This document shows positions 47,924-61,005 of a stretch of DNA of 64,000 nucleotides, one piece after another. The stretch is from Lingula anatina (taxonomy: Eukaryota; Animalia; Brachiopoda). The stretch is from NCBI GenBank assembly GCA_051362555.1, contig CM120640.1:17918001-17982000 (forward strand). The letters run 5' to 3'. The stretch's first letter is position 1. Each line of letters opens with the position of its first letter. The position numbers and the translations under genes are program-made. The notes beneath the pieces were generated by a model. It was not told the origin of the DNA. It was given only the letters and a program-made list of their open reading frames with translations, and searched no databases.

Positions 47924-48478
47924 ACTACAGACTTTATCCTGCTAAAATCTTACTCATTATTAACTATGTAGGACATTTTGTGTGTCTGTGAGTGAGTGTG
48001 TGTTAATTATCAGTTTTGAGAGCAAAGTTACTCATAAAAAAAATCTGCATAAGAGAACGACATAATATTTTCACTGAACACAGTGGCAGGAATTTTTAAT
48101 GTAATGACAGTCATGCCGTTTTCCTTATCTACATCTCAGTTTATTAAGTTCTGTTCCCATTGACAGTTTTCAATTATTTATCTATAATATTTAACTATAT
48201 ATTTTTTTGTAAAATATTACTACTGATCTACCTAATGTATTAAAATATGATTATTTGACTTATTACTTGTTTACAAATGTTGAAACTTTAAAATTACGAA
48301 ATAAAATTTGAATCGATTTCTACCTAGTTGTTTTGATCCCACCTTTTAAAATATACAGTGAAAATAAGAAAAATAGTTTATTCAGCTTATGTATAGAATG
48401 TTTGTACATTAGAAACTGATTTCTGTCTTAAAATAAACGTGATAGGTAGGAGTACGTTTGAAATATAAATACATTATA

Positions 48479-48780
48479 TACTGACAGTCAATGAAAACGC
48501 ATCATTTATTTATCAAATAATATGTTAAGTTCCTTTGGCACATTAAGAAAACAGTTTTCGTGTGAAATATGACCCATTATTCAGTCACACAAGGTGAAAT
48601 AAAGGTCAGAAAAGAGCATTAAAAAAAATCATTAAAATGCAAGGTCACGTGATCAGATCTCTTTGGTTCCGCCCAGCCTCCAGCATCCCCAAGGCCCGCA
48701 GTCGCTCTTCCAGTGTCAGACGTGGCATCACAGAACTTTTTTGTCATGTGTCATACTGGATTTGGTGACTACATTAAATA
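48479..48780 (-). mobile_element. Deleted Tc1/mariner remnant
   Basis: A - strand ATG at 48728 gives MPRLTLEERLRALGMLEAGRNQRD, a Tc1 transposase N-terminal HTH start. A TA-flanked TIR-like end CTGACAGTCAATGAAAACGCATC lies at ~48481. The other end was not found. Confidence 0.7.
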
Positions 48781-49668
48781 GGCTTAATATATTGAACCTG
48801 ATTAATTCACATCAATCAGAAAAAACACATGATTTTGTAACACTACCAAAGGCAATTCCTTACGGCCTGCTCTCCTACTTAAGGCATATCTGAACTTTAA
48901 AGATATTATTAATCAAACCGCCCTAAAAGATCTACAAGATCTTTTCAAAAATTTCGGGGGAGGGGGGGGGGTAATTCCCCCTTACAACCCCCTCCCCCCT
49001 CAGCCTATAGCCACGCATATTATACAAAAACGCTATGATTATATGACGCCGGGCGACGGGTCTAAGTAAATAGTAAGTTACGTGATATGAGATAGCATTA
49101 AGAATATTGGCGCGGGAGGAGGGTGTTAAATGTTAGGTCCGGTGCCTGGTTTCAGTAATCATGTTAACTATACAATGGAGTTTCGTTAAATGTGGTTCTT
49201 GGCTTATTTTATACATATACAAATGTAAAAGATTTACTAACCATTTTTATATTCTTTAACGAATTACTATTTCCAAACAAGCAGTGTCCACTTGTGTTAA
49301 CAGCAATGAAATCATTCTAATTAAGTGTTAAGACAGGTTAAAAGGTCAACATACACAATGGGTAGGGCTAAGTCTTTGAATTAAAACGGTTAAAATATGT
49401 TTAGAAATAAATCTTAATAATATTTTAATCTGATGCTGATTCCTCTTTTAAAGGGTACGTTCTATAATTGTGCAAATGAACATTAAAGCATTTACGATTA
49501 TCTTCATATTTCTCCAGTTTTTTGTCTTTAGTTATACATTCGTAGGACCCTATTTAGATTCAGCATTTAAATCATTTATCAACCAAATATACACAAAGGT
49601 TAAGCATCTAAGCATGCGCACAGATAAGGATGGCCTACTGACTTTTGCTTGACTAGCGTGTAACCATC

Positions 49669-52600
49669 ATGGAGGCAGAGCGTACCTTTAAGCTGAATAC
49701 CGGTGCTACCATCCCTGCCGTCGGACTGGGGACTTGGACAATATTCGGAGATCATGTAAAGTTCATTTCTATACGGTCTTTATAAAGCGTCCATTTGTGA
49801 CGAGAGAGTCGCGAGTAATGCCCGTTAAACCTGTGTGTATGGTACATCGTAGGCGTGTTTCGTTTGGGGTGTTTTCTTGTATTTGTCAATGAAGGTAACG
49901 TTTCGGTTGACTTTTTATTTTATTTAAATGTATTACCCAAGTCTTTAAAGCTCGGCTAGCTGTAAGTGGGCAAGTAAAAGGAAGAAAACTCCATTACATA
50001 AATCGGGTTTTCAAAGCAAAGTTGACATCATTCAACAGAATTCTGTCTGAGCCTTTGCTATATGTGTAGAGCTATAAAATGTCTGCTTAGATTACACAAT
50101 CTAGTTCATGTCGACATATAGACCAAGCTTGCAAACAAACATCGTCAACTCGATTAATATTTGGAGGAATTCATATTAAGTTGATATTTGTGGAAAAAAG
50201 ATGTAGGCATAGTGCAAACATGATGCGGGCCTCCGATGCCCTGAATTTTCCAATATTTGATATTTTACAAAAAAAGTACACATAAGCTATGAGAGATGCT
50301 CATCCAAATGTTGAGAAAGTGCACCATCTTTTGCTAGAAATAATTTAGAGGTTGATATGTGACTTGAAAGGCACTGCACAGTTTTTTTTTTATATTATTC
50401 CGTAACCGTTCGATTTACAGGGAAGTACTACTGAGGTGGAAGAGGCAGTAAAAGCCGCAATAGAGCTTGGTTACCGCCACATAGATACCGCCTTTGTGTA
50501 CGACAATATTTCCGCCGTTGGTAGAGCCGTCAACGCCAAGATACAAGATGGCACGGTGAAACGGGAGGATCTATTTATCACCAGCAAGGTACTGAAGTAA
50601 ACCCAGTTTTAACAAACACGCTTTACATAGTCACTTCATTTTCCAGAAGCCTTTTTTAAAACGCCATATTGTGTAGAATTTGTTTCACTCCAATAGGTAA
50701 GCCAACAAAATGCAGTTTAAATTTAGTTAGTTTTCAAAATTTGGCCTTCTGCTTTACGAAAACGAAATGCATGGTTTCCGTAGACCCGCATATATTCTTT
50801 CTTATATAAAACTGGTCTGGTAATATCCAATGGAATATGAGCACCGTCTTATTAATGTTTAAAACAAGGTAAAATGTTTATATAGAACGTGATGGTGTGT
50901 GAATGCGTTTGTGAAGCCTACTTTAAATTTGCATTGTGGACCATCGATACGTCATATTGCTTTATGTTTCCGTAAGCTGTGGTGCACGTATCTTCGTAAA
51001 GAGTCAGTAATGCCACAGTTGAAGAAGGAACTGGAGCAGATGGGCCTAGAATACCTTGATATGTATCTGATACACTGGCTCTTGGCTTACAAGGTGAAAT
51101 ACAAAAACTTTTTGTCTTACGTTTTACAGAAACTTTTAAAGATATTAGAGTTTTTTTTAATTTTTGAATTTAGATGATATGAATATCTGCGAAAAATGCG
51201 AAAAATGATATTAGTTATGTAGTGTAATTTGCATTCTGGGGCATATTTGAAAAAGGCTTGATGTTTCAAACAAAGAAAGGTAATTAATAATAATACTAAA
51301 GATATCGTTTTTTCTTCTCATTTTACATGTAAATATTTATTCGTTTGTTTTAGTCCGGTTGCTTAGGGCAAAAAAATTGCCAAATCGTGACACGGCGGAT
51401 AAAAGCACCAAATTTTGCATGTGGGTACCTTTTGACAAACTAAACCAAATTAGAGCCGTAGCCCACGGAAAAAAATTACCGTTTGGCCAAAAAAGCCAAA
51501 ATGGCCGCCAATTTGTGAAATTCTGTAGAAATATATACATACCTATGTTTATTTTTTATCATATTAAGTATTTTCTCAATGATTTCCACATCCTTATTAC
51601 CCATATAATGCATATGTGTCAGATAACAAACAAGTGTCCTTGGACTTTTTGAAAAATCCAAGATGGCCGCCATATGGCATAGGAATACTACTGTAGATCA
51701 TGTACACGGGTTTTCAACTAACTAATGCCAACTAGGAAGATGCATTGCCCACTATCTAATTGTTTCTTATTACACAAATAATATATTTGTGGTGAGTAAC
51801 TAACCTTTATTCTCAGGCATTTCGAGAAAAATCCAAGATGGCTGCCATATCAAAGGAATACTAGTATACACATAGGGCTTCTTCTGCCGTGGAGATATAA
51901 TATTAATTGATAAGTTAGGTTTGTATTTGAGTATTTTCCACATCTTTTTAATTCACATAATATATATATGATGAGAATGTTATGTGTATCCTTTTTGAAA
52001 AGAAAATAAAACAAAATGGCTGCCATATTAGCCATAGAAGGTGGGGTTCAGTTAATACCTGCGGTAGATAGGCTAACATATAAAATGAAGCGGAATTCAG
52101 TTGTCATTCTGTTATTTTTTAGTATTATTATCCCATGATACATATCTGTAAGGTAATTAATGTCTATATTTTATCATTTTGGGGAAGTCCAAGATGGTCT
52201 TCTTTTCCCCATAGGAAAACTGGTGCATTAGATTTTATACGTACTTCTAAGGCAAATGAGGGTAATCATGATATTTTGTCAAAATACTTAAGGGTACACA
52301 CTTGTTACCCACCAGATAGATATCTCAAAGTCCAAAAAGAATGTGGGAAATACCGAGAAACAAAATTAATGTCTCATTGAACCCAATGTCTCTCTGGCAA
52401 TAGTTGAATGTACTATTCCTATTGTGAATAGCAGCAATCTTGAATTTTCTCAAATGCGCAAGACACACTTGCTACACACCAGATTTATATAGAGTAAGGT
52501 TAATAAGGATGTCAACATGTTTGAACATCAAACGGCTTTATTTCATGTTGGAATCAATGTCTGAACTGTTCCACTAAATGACACCTATTTGCATTTGAAT

Positions 52601-55600
52601 GATATATTCCTATGATAACTTGCAGCTATCTTGGGTTTTCTCCGAATAATACTCAAGGATACATACACTTTTTACACACACATAGACCTTCTTAAGGATA
52701 AATAGGATATGAAAAACATTTAAAAACGATCTAAAGTTAACTGCATTTAAATTGTACTCAGTGTCTCTGGCACTATTCTCTGGCACTATTTGATTATATG
52801 TTCGAATATTCTAATGACAAAAGGCAGACATCTTGAATTTTTTTCCAGAATACTCAAAGATACACACATGCTACAGACCAGGTATACATCATAGGAATAA
52901 TAATAAATGGAATGAAAAACATAAATTAGTTTTAAAACAAACCCATGGTAATGTAATTGTATAATAAACCATATGCCTCTCTAGCAGTAATTGAAACCCA
53001 TCCATTTGTATTCCTATGTCAAATTGTAGCTATCATGGATTTTCTCAGAATATCCAAGGATGTACACTGTTTACCCACCAGATATATATCATAGGACTAA
53101 TAAGGATGGACAAAACTTGATAAGCAAACACAATTTCACCCTGGTAGTAGATGAAAGGCCATGGATGTGCAGTTGTAATTACCGTGGTATTCCTATTAGT
53201 CCAGGAAATTGGTGAAAAATTGTGCATTTTTTACCTACAAGCATGAAATTTGGCACACTTATGGACAATAAAATTCTAAGCAAATTTGGATATATGGGCA
53301 TGTCTGAAAATTCCAAAATGGCCGTCAAATCCAATATGGCCACCAAAATACCTTTTCAAATTAAAACTTCAAGTACATAGTCTTCTAATGACTTAAAATA
53401 TCATATAAAGGTTAGAAAACACCATGGTATGAATCCTTCAGGTGTATTAAATCCAAACTGGCCGCCAAAAGTAAAAAAAGCAGACCATTTATTCAAGATA
53501 TCCATTTGAATGAGGAATTCATCAAGCACTTAAAACTACAAGCATAAAGTTTGGCAGGTTTGTGGAAAATGAAATTCTGAGCAAGTTTGGATGTATGGGC
53601 ATATCCGAAAATTTAAAAATGGCCTTCAAATCCAAGATGGCCTCCAAAAATACGGCTTCTAATTAAAACTTCAAGTATATAGTCTTTTAAGGGCGTAAAT
53701 ATCATACAAAGGTTAAAAAACACCACGGTATGAATTCAGAATCAATATTTCCTTTTTTAGGTGTATTAAATCCAAAATGGCCGCCAATAGTAAAAAGCAC
53801 TCTACTAATCCAAGATATCCAGCAGAGTGGTTAATTCATCAAAAACTACAAGCATGGCATTTGGTACAGTTGTAAAACAGGATTCCAAGCACTTTTGGAT
53901 GTATGAGCATGTCTAAAAATTTCAATATATGGCCCCCAAATCCAATATAGCCGACACAAATACCCGTTCAAATTAAAACTTCAAGTATATATAATCCTAT
54001 AATAACTTAAGATAACATTTTATGGTTAGACAAGACTATGGTATGCATGAAGTATCAATATTTGATTCTTTAAGTGTATAGAAATCCAAAATGGCCCCCA
54101 AAAATAAGAAAAACAGAGCAGCAGCAGTATGGTGAATTCATCATGCACTTAAAACTACAAGCATGAAAATTGGCTCAATTGTACAAAACAGGATTCTAAG
54201 CAATTTGTTATATAGGGACATGTCTGAATATTCTAATATGGCCACTAAAACCCTTTTAAAGTAAAAAAAGACTACTATATAATCTGACTGACAACAGTCT
54301 TTACCCTTTTTTGGTTTTTCGCTCCTTTAGTTACATTTAGACCCAAATGACCATAAAAAATGGAACAGGACTCCTTTTGGTCTAGTTGTGACACCACATG
54401 CAGCAATTCTATAAATGTCAAGGATATGAAAATGTCAAGGTATTTTCACAAATAAGTTTCAAATTAACGAAAGTTATTTTATCAAGTAAGTGTTGCACAT
54501 TTTATGGGCGGTCAACCTTTTACTTTAGTAAATGGACAATATCTCAACAGAGGATAACAGCTAGCTACACCGAAATTTCTACTTATTTGGTTAAATAATT
54601 TTCATTCATTAATGTGTGCCTAGCTTTACTAGTAGTTGCGTTTCCCTCAGCTTTCCCAGTATTTCCTTAAAGCTAAAGCTTCTACACGTAATCCTCTTTC
54701 CCCAACAAAATACCAAGAGGCATTGGTCGTTTTTAACACCAGAAAGCATCAGTTTACATGCATGAGGGTCAATAGGAATATGAAAGTGTGGTAGGGCATA
54801 GTAGTAGATGTAGGTTACTAGTGTGAACCCTTATAGGACCAGTCTTCCAATGCTTCTGACTCCCCTCACCACAGTTAGCAACTGCACACATAACTACAAA
54901 CAGATGTGGTAGGAGCTACCTGGTAGATTTTGTAAGCTGGGTAAGTGAATACTCCTCATGGCTTCATTCTGGATTGTCCCACAGAGACAATGATGCCGGA
55001 AATCTCATGAATTTTTACCTTTCAAAGTCCATATTGCACTAATTTCTTGGTGTAATCCTCAGAATACATCGTTTTTTGAAGTTTTGTATGTATTAACTGT
55101 CTGGAGGATTTTAATTCTTTTATTTTCATGTTCAGTTTTTTGAAAGTATAAGTTTGTAACTAAACAAGTTGCCAAATGATCAAATGAAAACCAAAGTTTG
55201 GCGCCTATAGATCAGTGCTTCCTTTTTAGTGCACGAAGTGTGAAGTCTGCAATGCAACTCTTGGATACAGCACGTATCAACACCTGCCCTCTGTTTGGGG
55301 TACAGGTATTTCTTTGCTCATAAATTTTCACTAAATTCTCGGTGGCCATTACTGCAAATGTACTAAAGCCAATTTTTTAAATAAGAAGCTTTTCTAATTT
55401 ACTTTTGAAGCACAAGATAACATCATAACATTATCGAGTGCAAATGTGCCCCGCTTTTAGTACTTTACCAATGAAAAACACCAAATTGTTGAGACCTGTA
55501 TGTTTGATTAGCTGTCATTTTTGTTATATTTATGAGCATTTGATGAAGCGCCATGCACTGATCTAGCTGAAGAATCATAACCAACAGACAAAATTGGTAC

Positions 55601-57998
55601 ACCCCAAGTTTTTTATATTTGCCTCTTTAAGGCTAAGTTATTCTGGTGTTTCTTTCACATTTTATGGATTTTGCACGATACTTTTTTCTTAGAAAGGGGG
55701 AGTCACTCATGAGTGCCATATAAGAAGATTGCTAACTGGGAATTGATCTAAATGTGAATCCAGAGCAAAAAGTCAAACTACTTATGTTGGTTTATCAAAA
55801 GAAGGACTTTTTTCAGTACATAATAAATGTATCATGCTTGATGGTTTTTTAAAAACTCTGTAGAATAGCTCCTGCACAGGTAGGAATATGCTGATTATAC
55901 AGGTAGTTTGCAAAGCCCACATGCCTATTCCCGAGTGATTACAATTCAATAGTTGTGGTCTGCTGACTTTTGGAGGCCATTTTGGAATTTTAAAACCTTA
56001 AGTGGCAGATATTGATACTTCATACATACAATGGTATTTTCTAACCATTAAATGATATTTTTATAAAAGACTATACAAATAACTTTCACCTTGAAAGGGT
56101 ATTTTGGGGGCAATATTGAAATTGGCTGCCATATTGGAATTTTCAGACATGCCAGTATATCCAACGTTGCTTAGAATCATGTTCTACATAACTGTGCCAA
56201 TTTTTATGCTTGAAATTGTAAGTGCTTGATGATTTTACAAAACTGCTGCATATTTTGCGTAAGTAAACTGCTTATTTTACTTTTGGAGGCCATTTTGGAA
56301 TTCTATACACCTGTAGAAGCGGATATTGATAATTCATTCATGGCATGATATTTTCCAGCTATAAAATGATATTCTAAACCATTTTAGGACTATATATTAG
56401 ATGTTTTAATTTAAAAGAGTATTTGTGGCGGCCATATTGGATTTGGCGGCCATACTGGAATTTTCAGACATGCCCATATATCCAAAAAAGCTTAGAATTC
56501 CATTATCTACAACTGTGGCAAATTTCATGCTTGTAGGTAAAAAACGCACAATTCACCCTTTTTTCTGCACCAATTTCTTGGACTATATGGCCATTGACGG
56601 CCATCTTGGATTTTCTCAAAAAGATCAAATATGCACATTTATTACCTGCTAGATATGTATCACAGTGTAATTATTATGTGTAAAACACTAAAATAATAAA
56701 CTAAATTTGATAGTGAATTAGCTGGCATTAGTTCCAACCCTTTGTAATACTAGAAGTATTCCTAAGACATATGGCGGCCATCTTGGATTTTCTCAAAATG
56801 CCCAGGAATACATGTTAGTAACTCACCACATGCATATTGTGTGGATGGAAAGGATGTGGAAAACACCCAGAAACAAACTTAATTTGATAGTGGAAAATGA
56901 ATCTTTCCAGTTGCCATTAGTTGAATCCCCCGCATACTAGAATTCCTGTGGCACATGGCAGCCATCTTGGATTTTCCAAAATGCCCAAGAACAATTCGTA
57001 GTTACTCACCGCAAACACCGGTAACAAAAATCTGAGAAACAGACTTAATTTGATAGTGGATAACGTATCTTTCTAGCTGATATTAGTTGTGCACTAGTAT
57101 TCCTATGGCTGTTTCTAATGGCATATGACAGCCATCTTGGATTTTTTCAAAAATTCCAAGGGAACTTGTTTGCTATCTGCCATATATGAATAAAATGGGT
57201 AATAAGGGCGTGGAAAACTCTGAGAAAATAAATTATTTGATAAAAATCAACATAGGTATGTACACATTTCTATAGAATTCCATAAATTGGCGGCCATTTT
57301 GGATTTTTTGGCCAAACGGTAATTTTTTTTCCGTGGGCTACGGCTTTTATTTGATTTAGTATGTCAAAAGGTACCCACATGCAAAATTTAGTGCTTTTAT
57401 CCGCCGTGTCACGATTTTTTCCTTAAGCCACCGGACTATTTAGGCATGTGACAGTTTTGGGTATTGAAGAAATGTTACATCAGCGCTCACCGAGGTGTAA
57501 GAAAGGCCAGCTTTAGATTATGCCCTGGTTAAACTCCTTCTCATTAAATTAAAAGGATTATTTATTTATTTTTTATTTATTTTTATTTTGTAGACTGGCG
57601 ACGTTCTCTTTCCTAAAGACGCTGCGGGAAAGATGATTCTGGCAGACGATGATTACCGCCCGCTGGAGACATGGCAGGTAATACTGCACGGTGTATACAC
57701 ACGTACATGCTATGTTTATCTACTATTGTGTATTGTGTTATATTGTTTAAAGGGCAGCGTCTAGAAAAACTGAATACATATTCACACTTATTGACTGACT
57801 ATATACTGATTTTTACCTTTAAAGGGATAAACTAACGGCATTAACTAATTAACTTTCGATTCCTGATTATTTCATAGGGGCTTGAAGAATGTCAAGATGC
57901 CGGTCTGACTAAAGCAATAGGGCTGAGTAACTGCAACTCCAAACAAATCCAGGAAATATTAGATGGTGCACGAATCAAACCAGCAAATATTCAGGTAA

Positions 57999-58045
<47 letters not shown>

Positions 58046-59586
58046 CAAATACCGAAAATCCAATAACATGAACAATTTAAACTGGGATTTTCACACGCAT
58101 CGCTGTTTTATTTCATTGTAGGTGGAAATACACCCACTGTTCTCAAACAGCAAGCTTATACAGTTTTGCCGTGAGAAGATTCCGGGAGTGGTTATAACTG
58201 CCTACGCTCCTCTCTGTGCTCCTGGTAGACCATGGTGAGTACATGTAAAAATGTGTTTTTTTAATCTGAAAAAGTTAATTTTATGACGGCATCTGTTTAT
58301 ATTTTCATTATGAGTGATCTTCTTTCTTGGTTAGTCATATTTTGCATAAATTGATAACGCATCATTGCCAGAGTAGGGGAGGCCGAGGCTAGTTGGCCCC
58401 CGGGGTAAGTTGGCCCCCATCAAGTCTCTTTCATATAGTTACTTTAAGATGCTAAATTATTTTATTTGGACTCACTGCTGACGCTTTCTTAGCACTATTG
58501 GATACGGTCACAAAATGATGTGATCAATTCTTTTACCCTATAGTTACTTTGTCCTTGGAGCTTTGTCATAAATTGATGGGGGCCAACTTACCCCGGGGTC
58601 GAACTAGCCCCGGTCTCCCCTAAGTAAAAGCCACAATACAGGAGCAACTTCATAAATTTGTCAAAACACACCTTAATAATAATGTCATTATGTATCATGT
58701 AGGCGTAAGCCGACCGATCCAATATTATTTGATGATCCCAGACTGGTGGAGATAGCCAAAAAGAAGAATAAAACACAAGCTCAAGTATGTCCAAATATAT
58801 TTAACGTAATTTCATCTATACGTGTATATATACTGTAAAATCCCTAAAAGACTGAAAAAGAAACTGCAAATTCTTTTATAACAATTGTTAATTAAAAAAA
58901 CAGTTTGCATTTATTAAATTTGAAAGAGTATTTGGTCATCTAACTTTCTCAGAAAATTGTTCTAATTAAATATTTATTGAGAAACTGCATTCGTTTGCTA
59001 CAACGGGAATTTTACAACTTGCCAGACGACTAAATTACACACTTGTGTCATTGCAGGTAGTCCTACGTTACATGAATCAGAAGGGCTACGTCATAATTCC
59101 GAAGAGTATCAAGAAAGAGAGATTAAAGGAAAACTTCGACGTAAGTAGTTGTGTAAAAAAAAAAAAAAAAAAAAAGAAAAAACGGTTAGCACTTGCACTC
59201 ATATGTTTGATACCAGAATGGACATCCTCAGAGAATATAGTTTCTTTTTTTTTCTAAACGCTAAGAAAAATTTAAGAAAAACGCATTGCCATTGGAACTG
59301 TAGAACTGATTAATTGTGGAACCTTTGATCAATAGCAGGTATTGTTTTTGCTCCAGATATTTGATTTTAAGTTGAGTCCCGAAGAGATGAAGATCATGGA
59401 CGGATTTGACAAAAACTTCAGAATATATTGGGAAGACATGTACGTACTTTTTATATATAGCGTGGTACAATTTACAGAACTGACGCCGGTCAGCTTCTTC
59501 ATTTTTAAATTCCCATGTAAAGTATGTTCGTCGATCGATAAGCACTCAGATATTGAGATTTGGCACGCATCAGATTAAATTACCCC

Positions 59587-59624
<38 letters not shown>

Positions 59625-59823
59625 GGGCCTATTTGTAAATAACTTGACAACGTTATACTTGAAAGTTCATACAACGGATAACAAGTTGGAATACAATTCA
59701 TACCTAGTAACATGTATTTATGTCGAGTAAAAGAAAAAAAAAATGATCAAACCTTTCACTTGATATTATTGTCATTCCAGAGGCAGGCACTCCCCACACT
59801 ATCCGTTCAACGAAGAATTCTAA
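49669..59823 (+). CDS. Aldo-keto reductase, AKR1-like (10 exons, ~325 aa)
   Basis: Exons 49669-49755, 50421-50588, 50977-51093, 57594-57677, 57878-57994, 58122-58234, 58703-58784, 59057-59140, 59357-59439 and 59781-59823. Motifs [46 protein letters not shown] and C-terminal HYPFNEEF. The D-Y-K-H tetrad is intact. Confidence 0.95.
51351..57438. mobile_element. Outer long-TIR foldback DNA transposon (Academ-like, non-autonomous)
   Basis: Termini TAGTCCGG..CCGGACTA, several hundred bp of inverted similarity (e.g. ATCGTGACACGGCGGATAAAAGCAC / GTGCTTTTATCCGCCGTGTCACGAT), 3-bp TSD TTT. Confidence 0.85.
53197..56585. mobile_element. Inner long-TIR element nested in the outer one (Academ-like)
   Basis: Termini TAGTCCAGGAAATTGGTG..CACCAATTTCTTGGACTA, 3-bp TSD TAT (53194-53196, 56586-56588), and TIR arms made of ~300-bp subrepeats. 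Confidence 0.85.
58002..58045. repeat. (CT)n(CA)n compound microsatellite
   Basis: Direct reading. Another (CA)n at ~59590-59620. Confidence 0.9.
58376..58620. mobile_element. TA-TSD MITE (Tc1/mariner-pogo type)
   Basis: TA|GGGGAGGCCGAGGCTAGTTGGCCCCCGGGGTAAGTTGGCCCC ... GGGGCCAACTTACCCCGGGGTCGAACTAGCCCCGGTCTCCCC|TA. Confidence 0.85.
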
Positions 59824-61005
59824 TCAAGATGGGATGCATCAAAAGACTGAATTGTTTCCTAATAGAGTAGGAACAGTGATTACGAACAATGATCATTACC
59901 CAAACAAAAATCATTGAATTTACATGTAAAGTAAAATTAAATGAGCCAAAACACAATTCCTGCTCTGAGAATGACTTATTTGAAGTTGTTTGAAGCGCCG
60001 TTGCTACAGTAGCTCTACCTGTTCAGAATTGTTCAGAATTCTACCTATCTTATAAAAATAATGGGGTTTTATTTTCTGATTTTTAGTACTCGTCATACCT
60101 GGCACTAAATTGAGAGTGCGTGTCATATATAACAGTAGATTAATAAGAGCTTAAACCAGCTTTAACCAGCTTTTGAATATTGAGTTATGATACATTCTTA
60201 TACCTTGTTCTCATTTAGAGAATTTTGAATGATACATATCATATGTGTTAAAATATAAGACCAAATATGTCCACAAATTTAGTCATGTACATATAACTTA
60301 TAGTTATACTATAATCATAAAAAACTAAGAGCATGCAGTTACTTTTATCCAATTTAAGTAACTTTTGTGCTTATTTTTGCCACGATAGGAATTACCTGTA
60401 ATTCACATAGGCCTACTGTAACAAACAACTTCGACTTTTACAGCTTCTTTAAGCATAAAAAGGCCCTCTTTGCAAATCTGTTTTTTTCCTTTCTGTGACA
60501 TGAGAATAAAAATTTGTTGCAAAATGTGTCTCTTGAAGAAAAATCAACTGAAAAAGGTATCATACAGGTATATCAATGGTAACAAATTAGAAGAATCTGC
60601 TTGTAGACCTACATAAAGTGGCATTTCTGCATTTTTTTTTTTTTGAAGATGCATTAAACATATTAAGAGACAGGCATGTGAAAGTCAAATTCATTTTAAA
60701 TACCAGTAAACGGTGACAATATTTGTTTGCAAACTAATGACTTTTTAATTTATAATTTATTTATTAACAGGCCTAAAGTTGATTGTAATCAATTGTTTTA
60801 TTGAAAAAAATTCTAAAACGAGAAGGGATAAACATTTAATCGTTGAATGCTAACGTCTAGATAATTAAATGTATTTCAATGGGCTTCATTTATCTCTGCT
60901 TCCTCGGCATAAACGGTGAGAAAAGCTGCCAACTTGTTAGGCATTTTACGCGAGCTTGTTCAAATGATTTCGCGTCGGCGGACATGGAGCAAACACCCAC
61001 GAAAA

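Noticed and set aside
54300-55900. Transposase gene in the core of the inner foldback element
   Set aside because: No long ORF or recognisable catalytic motif could be read; at most a heavily decayed remnant.
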